Origin: Salpingoeca rosetta
Lineage: Eukaryota > Protista > Choanoflagellata
Reading direction: 5' to 3'
Length of the DNA stretch: 64,000 nucleotides
NCBI GenBank assembly: GCA_033442325.1
Contig: JAWQFM010000025.1
Span: forward strand, 193,024-257,023
Part shown: piece by piece, positions 1 through 18,552 of the stretch
Layout: each line of letters starts with the position of its first letter
How positions within the stretch are numbered: the first letter of the stretch is position 1
Made by a program: the position numbers and the translations under genes
Notes under the pieces: model-generated
The model's database searches: none
What the model was told of the DNA's origin: nothing
Seen by the model: only the letters and a program-made list of their open reading frames with translations

Positions 1-4526
<4,526 letters not shown>

Positions 4527-5395
4527 GTTGTGTGGGCACAAAAGCAAGCAAACAAAAAGCAAAATCGATCCGCTGTGCTGTGCTGAGCTGTGCTCTGCTC
4601 TGCTCTGAGCGGATCTTCTCCGTGCGCGTGTGCCCTGGATGTCACAGGAGTCACCCACGAAAAGAAAGAGAGAGCGAGCGAGCGAGTGATGTAGCACCCA
4701 CCACCACTGGATAATGAAGCAAAGCAGATGGATGAGTGAGCAAGCAAGCAAGGTGTGTGCGGTTGCTGCTGGTTGCACTGAAATACCCACATCAAAAAAA
4801 AATTGAAAAAATGGTCCAGCAGAATTCGATGTGCAGTTAAGGTGCCAAGCCAAGCAACACTTAATTCAGTTGCTTCATTTTGCACTTTGCAAAAGCATGC
4901 AACCGTTGTTTTGCAAACAAAGAAAAATGCTTGGACAAAGCATCAGTGCCTTTGGACAATCTTGACCCTTTCGTTCTGGTACGGGTCAAAACGCCATCCT
5001 TCGCTTCATGTCTCACATCAACGCGGCTGTGCTGCTTTTTGTGCTGTTTGCAGCAGGTCGTGTTGTCATTGCGCCACTGCGCCTTTGTGCTTGTTGTGGC
5101 TGTCTGTGCTTCTTCTTTCTCCTGTATTTTGCTTGTTGTTCCTCCTTCCAGCTCATCTCCGATCGTTTTGAACGACTGCTTCAGCGCTTCCAGTCCACTT
5201 ACCCGACACGGCACGAGACGACACGACAGAGACAGAGACACAGACAGACAACAACCACAAAACACAAACACCGTACACGCACCTTCAAGCTTCAGAGCTT
5301 CTGCTGTGACAAAAGACACCACCAACCAAAACACCCAACACCCCCACTGCAACAACAACAAAACAGACACGCACTCCTCACACACAGACAACACT

Positions 5396-5441
<46 letters not shown>

Positions 5442-5446
5442 CCACC

Positions 5447-6712
5447 ATGGACCAGTTGCTGCTGCCGATGATCGAGGATGATGGCGGCGCGGAGGAGGTG
5501 CTGAGCGAGCTCTGGACCATCCGCGGACCGCCGCTGTACCGCGGGTACCCTGGAAGCGCGGCAGCACTGAAGCAGGAGGCCCGGGATGTTCTCGCCAACA
5601 GTACGTTTCGGAAAAAGTGCAGGCAGATTGGCGTCGGCGCCACCACCCACCGATTACGCATCGTCAGGCAATCGGGCCTCCCGCCCATGCGCGTGCTGCC
5701 TGCTGCATGGCTCAAGGCACGGAACGGCGCGTGCCGCATCCCACGGAGCCACGAGGGCCTCACCGTCGACGCGGAACAGGCCGTGTGCATCGCCAGCATC
5801 AGCAAGTGTCGCCCCGTCATTGTCATGGTGAGCCACCACCATTTTGGTCCGCACAGCGACAAGCCTGATGACGAGGACAACTCCAACGCAAAGGCGCTCT
5901 TTGAGTTTACGAAATGGCTCGAGTGGCGAATCCGCATCAAAGGCGTCACGGGCGTGCCCAAGAGCAAGCACCCGCTCATCTTCTTGTGGATCGACTGGCC
6001 CTGTATCGATCAAGGACCCGACATCCCCGAGACAGAGGAGAGCATGCCGCAGCTCATGGAAGCACGTGCGCCGTACATTGAGTCGCTCAGCGTGTACACG
6101 GCGTGCTGCCACCTGACGGCGTGCATCGAGGGCGTGGACACAGACGACCACGACAGCGACCCATGGTGCCTGGTGCAGCGCATTGCCGCCTACGTGTACA
6201 TCCCGAACGGGCAAATGCCCTTTATCGTGCAGACCGGGTTTGTGCATCAGCAGCAGATTCCGGCCAAAGGCAGGCGCAGCCTCATCGACCCACTGGAGCA
6301 CCTCGACAATGCAAGCGCGCACGATGCGCCGTACATCCAGCACCTCACACAGGCGCTCATGAGGTCCGCCACCATTGTCACGCGACCAGAGACAAACAGC
6401 GACAACTTATGCGCGGAGTGCCTTCGCGCGCACCCGACACCGCTTGCCTGGGCGCTGTGCATGACCCTGTGTCTCGGCGGGATTTGTGACGTGGGTGTCG
6501 CCAACGTGTGCCAGAGCTGCTGCAGCCCCTGCGCGCGGTTCCAGTCGCTTCAGGCGGGAAACGCGTTCCCCGTGCTTGAGCTTCGCGCAGACACGGTGAT
6601 GATGCAGGAGCCGATGGGCGACGACGGCGACGAGGATGACCTGGTGGTGATCAACCTGGCCGGCAGCAGATTCGGCAGCAGGCACCACCACACCGGCGAG
6701 GCGGACGCATGA
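5447..6712 (+). CDS. Intronless HET(TIR-like)-domain protein with Cys-rich hydrophobic C-terminus, paralog A (degenerate motifs)
   Basis: ATG 5447 follows a (CA)n run. Motifs VMVSHHH, IFLWIDWPCIDQ, YIESLSVY and DSDPWCLVQ match the HET pattern SHxW / WID..C.Q / RxWxxxE but with substitutions. Clear paralog of 7995-9344. Confidence 0.75.
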   Translation: MDQLLLPMIEDDGGAEEVLSELWTIRGPPLYRGYPGSAAALKQEARDVLANSTFRKKCRQIGVGATTHRLRIVRQSGLPPMRVLPAAWLKARNGACRIPRSHEGLTVDAEQAVCIASISKCRPVIVMVSHHHFGPHSDKPDDEDNSNAKALFEFTKWLEWRIRIKGVTGVPKSKHPLIFLWIDWPCIDQGPDIPETEESMPQLMEARAPYIESLSVYTACCHLTACIEGVDTDDHDSDPWCLVQRIAAYVYIPNGQMPFIVQTGFVHQQQIPAKGRRSLIDPLEHLDNASAHDAPYIQHLTQALMRSATIVTRPETNSDNLCAECLRAHPTPLAWALCMTLCLGGICDVGVANVCQSCCSPCARFQSLQAGNAFPVLELRADTVMMQEPMGDDGDEDDLVVINLAGSRFGSRHHHTGEADA

Positions 6713-7467
6713 AGAGGGGGGGGGGGGGTTAAGGGGTGGCTGAGTTGTGAATGGGAAAGGTGAGGAAGGCCAGAGGAGATTTGGGTGCGTAGGGATGGGT
6801 GCGTGCGTGGAAGGGGGGGGGGGGAAGGAGGATTGGAGGGAGAGCATGCGCTGGTGGTCGGTGGGTACGGGGGGAGGGGGAAGGGAGACGACGTAGGACA
6901 TGCACGCGTGCGCTGTCTTTTGTTTGAGGTGACGATTATTGTGTTGCACATTATTGTCTCGTGTGTCTGTATTGTTTGTACAATTTGTTCTTTGCTTGCT
7001 TTAGTTTGCCTTTGTGCTGAGATACACAGTATTTTTAAGTGGGTTGTGTGTGTGTGGTGTGTGTGTCAGAGGCTATGAGACACGAGCACACACAACGCGC
7101 TGGGGGATGGGGGGGGGGGCTTTCAGGTATAAGGTATTATTGCCTGCTTGCTTACTTGCCTGCTTGCTTGCTTGCCCTCTTGTCTGCTTGCTTGCTTGCT
7201 TGTCTGCTTGCTCGCTCGCTTGCTTGCTTGCCTGCCTGCGTGCGTCTTTCCTTGTCTCGGTTCTTCAGTTGTCTCAGCAGATGCGACCAGTGACTTGTCG
7301 CTCTGCAAGCAAGACTACATTTTGCACTTTTGCACTTTTATTGTTGTTTAGTTTGATTCCACGCACGCATAATGTGGTGGCGACGTGCAGGCCTGCTGGA
7401 CAATCTTGCCACCGCTGGGTGGGCAAAATTGCCCATTTGGTTGGGAAGGGTGGATTTGGCGTGAATT

Positions 7468-7760
7468 TTCTGGGGGGCGACACTGACCCGCGAAAATTTT
7501 GAACCTTGACCATGACCAATTTGCGTGTTGTGGGTCAGGTCAAGCGCTGGCTTGAGTTGGGTGGTGGGAGAATTTCGGGATTGATGGGAGAGGGATTTGA
7601 ACACACCATATCGTGCAGTGAGATTCCACGGGCTCCATACAGAAACACCACATAGTGTAGTGAAAGGTGGAAAGTTGTGAAAGATCCCTGACCACGACCA
7701 ATCTGACTGCCCGTGGTCGGGTCATTTGAAATTTTCGCGGGTTAGTGTCACCCCCCAGAA
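7468..7760. repeat. Imperfect 32-bp inverted repeat bracketing ~230 bp with internal hairpins (MITE-like or regulatory)
   Basis: ttctggggggcgacactgacccgcgaaaattt (7468-7499) versus the reverse complement of aaattttcgcgggttagtgtcaccccccagaa (7729-7760): 2 mismatches. Confidence 0.75.
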
Positions 7761-7994
7761 TTTTGTTGTGCTGCAAAGTTGCGCGTCCTTGCTCCTTGCT
7801 CTTTGTTTGTGTTGTTGTTGTTTGCATCTGGCTGGTGTTTTGCTTGTGTTGGTTTGCTCCAACCAAGGCATTCATTTCGCCTTTCCATCCCCCTCACACG
7901 ACGACACGACATCACCCGCTGGCTCAAGCTCACCAGCCATCTTACTGCAGCCCTCCAGAGAGAGCCACCACCCAGACCTACCTTTCGCTTCGCC

Positions 7995-9344
7995 ATGAGT
8001 TCAACGCTGCAACAGCCGCTGCTTCCTCTGCACTCGGACAAGGATGGCGCCGTCGAGGACTTTGGGCGCGCAAGGAGAGCTCTTCTGCCTGAAACAGTCG
8101 CACTTGCCGACCTGTGGACAACGCGTGGGCCACCACAGTACTGCGGGTTGTCTGGTGGCGCCCAAGCTTTGAAAGAGAGGGTCAGCAGCGTGCTCAAGAA
8201 CTGGAAGTTTCAAGCAAAGTGCCGGCAGATTGGCGCTAACCCCACGCTTCAGCGATTGCGGATTGTGAAGCAATCGGGCCTCCCGCCCATGCGCGTGCTG
8301 CCTGCTGCATGGCTCAAGGCACGGAACGGCGCGTGCCGCATCCCACGGAGCCACGAGGGCCTCACCGTCGACGCGGAACAGGCCGTGTGTACCTCAATTG
8401 TGAACAAGTGCCGTCCCGTCATTGTCATGGTGAGCCATCGCTGGCTTGACCCAGACAATCACAGGCCCGATGACGAGGACAACTCCAAGGCAAAGGCGCT
8501 CTTTGAGTTTACGAAATGGCTCGAGTGGAAGATTCAACGCGATGATGTGACTGGGGTGCCCAAGAGCCAGCACCCACTCATTTTCTTGTGGATTGACTGG
8601 GCATGTATCAACCAGGGCGATGACATTCCCGAAACAGAGGAGAACATGCCACAACTCATGAAAGCGCGTGCACCATACATAGATTCGCTCAGCGTGTACA
8701 CAGCTTGTTGCCATCTGGTGACATGCTTCGAAGGGGCTGGCCCTGATGACTACGGCAGCAGACCATGGTGTCTGGTGGAGCGCATTGCTGCGTACGTGTA
8801 CATTCCAAACGGGCAGCTGCCATTTATTGTGCAAGATGGGTTTGTGCATCAGCAGCAACTCCCTACCAGATCGAAGCGTGAGGTCATTGACCCATTGCAG
8901 TATCTCGATAAGGCGAACGAGCACGATGCACCCCACATCAGAGATCTCACTGCAGCGCTACTTGGCCGTCGACAGCTGATCGTTCGACCACCTTGTAACA
9001 GCGATTCATGGTGTTTTGAGTGCTTGCGCGCACACCCGTCCGCTATGCTAGCGTGTGCTTGTTTTGTGGTCTCTGCGCCCTTTGGAGGTGGTGTTGTTTT
9101 CATGCCATGTGTGCTCAGGGGTGTGAACGTCTCAACGGTTCGAATCGGAGCAACCATCACAGCACTCGAACTTCGCGCCGATTCCGTCGTGACCGAAGCA
9201 CCGACGAGCGACGAACAAGACGAGGACACTGTCGTCTTCGATTACAAGCGAGGCGACGACGAGGACGAGCAACGGGAAGAGACCATTGATCAGGTTGACC
9301 CGGAATGCCGGGAATACAGGGAGGTGGATGTTCAAGTTGTCTGA
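7995..9344 (+). CDS. Intronless HET(TIR-like)-domain protein with Cys-rich hydrophobic C-terminus, paralog B (intact motifs)
   Basis: ATG 7995; motifs VMVSHRWL..PD, IFLWIDWACINQ, YIDSLSVY and YGSRPWCLVE are the canonical HET-like set; hydrophobic segment AMLACACFVVSAPFGGGVVFMPCVL; acidic tail. Confidence 0.8.
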   Translation: MSSTLQQPLLPLHSDKDGAVEDFGRARRALLPETVALADLWTTRGPPQYCGLSGGAQALKERVSSVLKNWKFQAKCRQIGANPTLQRLRIVKQSGLPPMRVLPAAWLKARNGACRIPRSHEGLTVDAEQAVCTSIVNKCRPVIVMVSHRWLDPDNHRPDDEDNSKAKALFEFTKWLEWKIQRDDVTGVPKSQHPLIFLWIDWACINQGDDIPETEENMPQLMKARAPYIDSLSVYTACCHLVTCFEGAGPDDYGSRPWCLVERIAAYVYIPNGQLPFIVQDGFVHQQQLPTRSKREVIDPLQYLDKANEHDAPHIRDLTAALLGRRQLIVRPPCNSDSWCFECLRAHPSAMLACACFVVSAPFGGGVVFMPCVLRGVNVSTVRIGATITALELRADSVVTEAPTSDEQDEDTVVFDYKRGDDEDEQREETIDQVDPECREYREVDVQVV

Positions 9345-9862
9345 GCAGGGTTGCAGGAATGTTACATGGAGTCGCGCGTGTTCCACAATGTGTTGTTTTC
9401 TGTTTCGGAGGTTGCTTGAACCTGTCACGCCTGCAACTGCCGCCGTGTTCTTCCTGTCTGCTCCTCCTGTTCTTCACCTGCTTTCACCCTTCTGTCACGA
9501 GCATGTCATTCCGTCACGCATTCAGTTGTTTTGCTTGCAACACGCTTTCTGTTCTCAACGACCATTGAAACGTAAAATGAAGGAAGATAAAGGAAGATAC
9601 AGGAAGATAAACGAAGATGAGGAAGAGAGGGATGGACAAAGCACGACTCACGACAAAGGCAGAAACAAATCCAAGGAGAGGACATCACAGCCAGCAGATA
9701 ACTCGCCAAGTCGGCCTAACACCAGGCCAGCATCATAAGAAACCATGTCGAAGAACATTACACCCATTCCAACAAACACAAAACCCCATAAAAGCCCACG
9801 ACGTGCATCTCCTTCGCTCTGCAAGTCCGGTTTTCCCTTTGACCGCCGCCACGACGTACAAC

Positions 9863-10157
9863 CTACACCTGCTGCTGGAACGTCTGGATCATGGCTGAGA
9901 GCTGTGCCTGCAAGCGCTGCAGCTCGCCCACAGCCTCGTCCCTGTCCTTCCCTTGCAGCATGTCTGCCAGCGTGTCTGGGTTCTCGCTGTTGATCTCCAC
10001 GGCCTTGCCGCCCTTGAGCGGCAGCGTGATGATCGTGTCGCGTCCCCCCTTGCGGATGCGCGAGCACGACGTGTCGATGGAGACGGGCGACCCGTTGATG
10101 GACAGCAGGCTGTTGTTGTTGGGGGGGGGGGGAGGAGGGGGAATGAGGTGCGGAGGG

Positions 10158-10210
<53 letters not shown>

Positions 10211-10641
10211 CAGAGAGAGAGAGAGTGTGTGTGTGTGTGTGTGTGTGTCGGGAGTGAGTAAGTGTGTGTGTATGTGTCGGGAGTGAGTAAGTGTGTAAGT
10301 GTGTGTGTGTGTGTGTTGAAGTGCGTGAGTAAGTGTGTGTGTGTGTGTGTGTGCGCGTTGAAGCGCGTGAGTGTGTGTGAGTGAGTGAGTGAGTGAATGA
10401 GAGAGAGAGAGACAGTGTGTGTGTGTGCGGTCCTTCATTCTCTTCCAGCCCCATGGAGTGTCAACACCACACGCATTGTAATCAACACCGCCACCATCAT
10501 CACCGCAGCACATGTGCTCACCTCTCGCCGTTCCGGGCCTGGCGCACATACGGCGTCTTTGGCAGTCGTGGATCAAACCCAAGCTCCTCGTACTGTGTGT
10601 GCAGGATCACGTACGTGTACGGGTAAGTGTTGAAGTCGGTG

Positions 10642-10690
<49 letters not shown>

Positions 10691-11010
10691 GTGTGTGTAC
10701 TTGCACGAACAACGTGTCAAGTTCAGCACCACACCACCACGCTCATCAGTCCCCGTTCTCTCTCTCCCCTTTACTTCCTTTTGTTCCCTCACTCACCTTC
10801 AGCACGCCGCCGTTCTTCACTGCCGCCGGTGTCTCAAACACGTGTTGCTCGTGCTGCTGCTGCTGCTGTTTCTGTTCTGTCGCTGCTGTGCTGGCGCGCG
10901 TCACGCGGCGGCTCGGGCGCGCCTATTGGAGGGGGGGGGGTTGCGTGTGAGTGGTGTGTGTGGTGTGAGTGGCGTGTTGCGTGTGTTGCGTGCATGTGTG
11001 TATGTATGTA

Positions 11011-11062
<52 letters not shown>

Positions 11063-12036
11063 GAGGCCGCAACAGTGAGCGGTTTTGCGCGCCCTGCACC
11101 GGTTGCATAAGAAACAGTGCCGAACATCGCCCCACACTCCAAACCACACCTTGAATGATGTGTTTGGTTTGAAGGACACGCGGTTGGTGGGTCGCGTGCG
11201 CTTTGCTGTCGACATCTACACGGAGAGTACAATGCGGTGACGTTGGGTGAGATACAACCACCATGGCGGAGTATTGTCGAAGAAACACCCACTCGCACCC
11301 CTCCCCCCCCCAAACACAATCACACGCACACACATGATGCAAACTCACGATGCCCGTTGTTGCACGCATGCTGCTTTGGCGCGTCCTGCAGGAATGGTAG
11401 TGCGGATTGTCGGCAGCATGAGTGACAAGACACTGAAACACACACACACATGCAAATCTGAGCACGCAAGGAATCATACAACACATCTTCAGCTGCTGCA
11501 TCAGCTTACGATCGTCGCACGGCGCGTGTGCTCTTTCTCCGCACGGTGCCGGGCTCATTCTCTTCATCCTCAGAGGATGCCTGACAAAAAGTGGGGGAGG
11601 ATGGAGGAGAGCGTGTGCGTGCGTGCACGTGCGAGCGCGTGAGTGAGCGTGCGTGTGTGTATGCGGGTGAATAAGCGCATGTTCATGCGTGTGAGTCAGT
11701 GCGCGTGTAACACCAGTCGACGACAAGCAGGAAGAAAATGTTCCCAGTTACACAGCGTCCCCATTCTTCACGCTCACCGACTCGAGTGCCGCCTTGAACT
11801 CTGAAATTGTCAGCGCCTTGACGGCCTGCAAATCAGGTGACCCGTGACAAGTGTGTGAGACAATTGTGTGAGAAGATGGCAGCTGCATATCGCAATGGGG
11901 AGATCACACACACGCACACGACACGAACGATAGCCACCTCACCTTTGGGATCTTCATCAGCTCCACGGTAAACTGGCGCGTGATGCTCGCCTTGAGGAAG
12001 CGCACCTTCGACTTCATGCGCTCCGCACGGCGAGAC

Positions 12037-12118
<82 letters not shown>

Positions 12119-12282
12119 GATATGGTGGTGCGGCCAGGTGGAAGCACGCAAGAGGGGCCGCAAGGCTGCACACAGTCCTTCACCAAGACACACACACCTT
12201 CAATGTCGAACTGCGCGAGGTAGTCCTTGAGCATGTCGGCCTTTTCGTCGTGCGACATGCCCTCTGCAAACGTCACGCCCAT
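9863..12282 (-). CDS. CDCA8: Borealin (chromosomal passenger complex subunit) homolog, multi-exon
   Basis: Exons read MGVTF..LKDYLAQFDIE (12282-12198), ERMKSKVRFLKASITRQFTVELMKIPK and AVKALTISEFK (Borealin/Nbl1 N-terminal helix pattern), then GFDPRLPKTPYVRQARNGE joined to LLSINGSPV (Borealin motif) and a C-terminal LQRLQAQLSAM. Confidence 0.75.
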
Positions 12283-12283
12283 C

Positions 12284-12396
<113 letters not shown>

Positions 12397-12596
12397 TTGT
12401 TTGTCCATCAACGGAAATTCGAAAATGGCGGCGCGTCGCCCAAACAAAGCGAAAGCGGATGATTTGCTGAAGATAACCATTAAAATTCCACAAAGCAAGG
12501 CACGCACGTTGTTGCACTGGACTTGGCACACGTCCTCCCTTCAGTTTCAGTTGCTTTCCTCTTCTCCTCCTCCTCCTCCTGCTGATCATCATCGTC

Positions 12597-14973
<2,377 letters not shown>

Positions 14974-15072
14974 GTGACGACATCATGTCATGATCGTTTG
15001 GGGGGGGGGGGGTGTTGTGCTGGGATGGTTGAACATGTGTGTGTGTGTGTATGTGTGTCTGTGTGTGTGTAT

Positions 15073-15142
<70 letters not shown>

Positions 15143-15571
15143 NNNNNNNNNNNNNNNNNNNNNNNNNNNNNNNNNNNNNNNNNNNNNNNNNNNNNNNNNN
15201 NNNNNNNNNNNNNNNNNNNNNNNNNNNNNNNNNNNNNNNNNNNNNNNNNNNNNNNNNNNNNNNNNNNNNNNNNNNNNNNNNNNNNNNNNNNNNNNNNNNN
15301 NNNNNNNNNNNNNNNNNNNNNNNNNNNNNNNNNNNNNNNNNNNNNNNNNNNNNNNNNNNNNNNNNNNNNNNNNNNNNNNNNNNNNNNNNNNNNNNNNNNN
15401 NNNNNNNNNNNNNNNNNNNNNNNNNNNNNNNNNNNNNNNNNNNNNNNNNNNNNNNNNNNNNNNNNNNNNNNNNNNNNNNNNNNNNNNNNNNNNNNNNNNN
15501 NNNNNNNNNNNNNNNNNNNNNNNNNNNNNNNNNNNNNNNNNNNNNNNNNNNNNNNNNNNNNNNNNNNNNNN
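15143..15571. other. Assembly gap (N run); other gaps at 16401-16582, 18588-18687, 52392-52491 and 55422-55613
   Basis: Runs of n. The two exactly 100-N gaps are probably placeholders of unknown size. Confidence 0.99.
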
Positions 15572-15671
15572 TTGTTTTACGTTTGCGCCTTCTCAATACA
15601 AGCCACACCACGCAACAAAGTGCACGATAGTGCAAGCTACAGGCGTACGACTACAGGCGTACGAGTAGTAG

Positions 15672-15717
<46 letters not shown>

Positions 15718-15776
15718 GCACACACACACACACGCACACGCACGCACACACACACACACGCACGCACGCACACGCA

Positions 15777-15811
<35 letters not shown>

Positions 15812-16183
15812 GCACACACACGCACGCACACCAACACACATTTTGTTGGTCGCTTTCGTTTTCATTGAATCTCACACCAAACAAACGCACGTAAGAGCAA
15901 ACTCAAAACACATCAGCAGAAGCGACAACACAGACACACGGAACAACACGCATGCCAATCAGCCATACACAACAACGACAGACACGCGCGTGCACTGTGG
16001 CCATATCGGCACACAAACACACGCGCACACATAAACAGACAACAGGCGACTATCAAGAAGGAACCTGAGCAAGATGGAGAGAAGACGTATTGGGAGCGAG
16101 CAGAGAGATAGGTGCAGAGTGGAGGTCGTGGAGGAGAAGGTCGTGGAGGCGGTGATGATGGTGATGGTGGCTTGGTGGATCGT

Positions 16184-16582
16184 TTACTCTTCTGTAGTGC
16201 GTGTGTGTTGGTGTGGGGGGAGGGGGGTGAATTGAAGGAAGGGTGGTGTGACAAAGTGGCGTGAGCAAGCGGTTCACGAATGCAAGGAAAACAGCAGCAG
16301 CAGCAGCAGCAACATGTGTGTCGTTCAGCACCCACAACCATACCGCAATCATCGGTCACTACCATGCAACGCAATGCCACGACAGACGCATCACAAAAGC
16401 NNNNNNNNNNNNNNNNNNNNNNNNNNNNNNNNNNNNNNNNNNNNNNNNNNNNNNNNNNNNNNNNNNNNNNNNNNNNNNNNNNNNNNNNNNNNNNNNNNNN
16501 NNNNNNNNNNNNNNNNNNNNNNNNNNNNNNNNNNNNNNNNNNNNNNNNNNNNNNNNNNNNNNNNNNNNNNNNNNNNNNNNNN

Positions 16583-16672
<90 letters not shown>

Positions 16673-16799
16673 TGAGTGAGTAACGCAGTAGCAGTGCAAG
16701 TTCACAGCAGCAACAAGAAGAAGAAGAAGAAGAAGAACAAGAACAGAACAAGAACAAGAAGAAGAACAAGAACAAGAACAAGAACAACAACTGCAACTA

Positions 16800-16862
<63 letters not shown>

Positions 16863-18215
16863 CTTAAACAACAACAACTTAAACAACAACAACAACACCA
16901 CCACCATCTCCTCGGCAACTGACGTTTGTACATGAGGAGGACCATCTTGTCAAAGATCTTCATGAGCGCCTGGTTCGAGTCAACGCAGTAGTTCTGGGTG
17001 GCGAGAGTGGTATGGTGTGAGCACGTGGTGCAGGGTGGGGTGGGGGTGAGCAGGTGCTAATTGGGGTATTGAATGGGTATCGGTGGGAAGCTAGCTTGCT
17101 GCAATACACCCCCCCCCCCACACACACACACACGGATATGCAATCATACAACCACACAAATCACACAGCGACACACACACAGCGACACACACACACACAC
17201 TATCAAACACATACACACCTGGAGGCGGAGGAGGAGGATGACTTGTGCGGGCTGGGTGCGCGTGTATGCGCGGAGAAACTTGTTGAACTTGTTAATCTGC
17301 TTGAGGGCTTGTTCTGTCATGAGATCAAACTTCTTGTTCCACGACACAGACGAGAACACCGCAGAGAACACCTGTGGTGGTGTGGAGACGTAATGGAGGG
17401 AGTATAGGCGGGTGGGGTTGACGAGGGGTGTCATGCAGGGAGAGCGTGAGGGAGGTTGTCGGTAAGTTCTGAAGTCAACGGCGACAACGGTAAGAAACGA
17501 ATGGACGCACACACATGTGCATACAAACACACACTCAAGTTCATACAAGCACACACTCAAGTTCATACAAACACACACTCAAGTTCATGTACACACATGT
17601 ACATACAAACACACACACACTCTCTGTCTCTTCTCACTCACTCCCAGCACCCCCAACCTCCTCCTTGCAAAGTACGTACGAGGGGCACCATGTCGCGGGG
17701 CTTGAGGTAGTTCTCCTCCATGACGGCATTGACCATCTCAATGAGCTCGTCAGACTCCTTCTCCTCCTCCACAATCGCCGCCACCACCTGCTGCTGCAGC
17801 TCCTTCTTCACAGACGCCGTGCGCAGCGACGCCTGCCACGAGATGATGTCGTCCAGGCCCTCGTACGCCGCAAACCGCTCCCGCATGTACTCAAACGACC
17901 GCTTGTTCGCAGGGAACAGCTCCTGCCGTGTGTGTGTGGGGGGGGGGTTGCTGTGTGTGAGGGGGGGGGGAACTGAATATCGAAAACATCACGACACGAC
18001 TGTGACCACGAGCGCACCTCGAGCCGCTTGTCGAGCTTGTTCTTCTTGAAGGACGAGGCGAGGCTGTGGCGAACAGGAAGTGAATGGGGGTGAGAAACAG
18101 AATGGGGGTGAGCAACAAGTGGGTGAATGAGTGCTGCAGGAAAAAGTTTTGACACATCCACAAGTGAACAAACACACGCATACACACCACACCACACCAC
18201 CACACACCACACACG

Positions 18216-18264
<49 letters not shown>

Positions 18265-18486
18265 ACGGCAACCACCACTCATGGGCACGCACGAGGAGAG
18301 GGAGGCGTTTCGGAGCCAGGCCTGGAAATAGGCCGCAATGAACTTCTCTGCGGTGTCGTCCTTTGTCAACGCCTCGATGAAGAGCGCTTCCAGCACTTTG
18401 CTGGAGCACAGATCAGACGAGTTGAGCAGCGCAACAAACTGTGTGTGTGTGCGTGTGTGTGTGCGTGCGTGCGTGTGTGTGCGTGC

Positions 18487-18552
<66 letters not shown>

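Noticed and set aside
4880-5446. N-terminal extensions of ORFs 4880, 7779, 24521 and 37336
   Set aside because: They start at non-ATG codons and/or run through microsatellites. Downstream ATGs (5447, 7995, 24473, 37633) are preferred.
7505-7724. tRNA or snRNA gene in the structured spacer
   Set aside because: No cloverleaf, T-loop GTTC/A-B box arrangement or Sm site could be recognised.
16700-16900. Poly-Cys or poly-Thr protein segment
   Set aside because: This is an intronic (AAG/AAC)n microsatellite following the BZW donor at ~16923.
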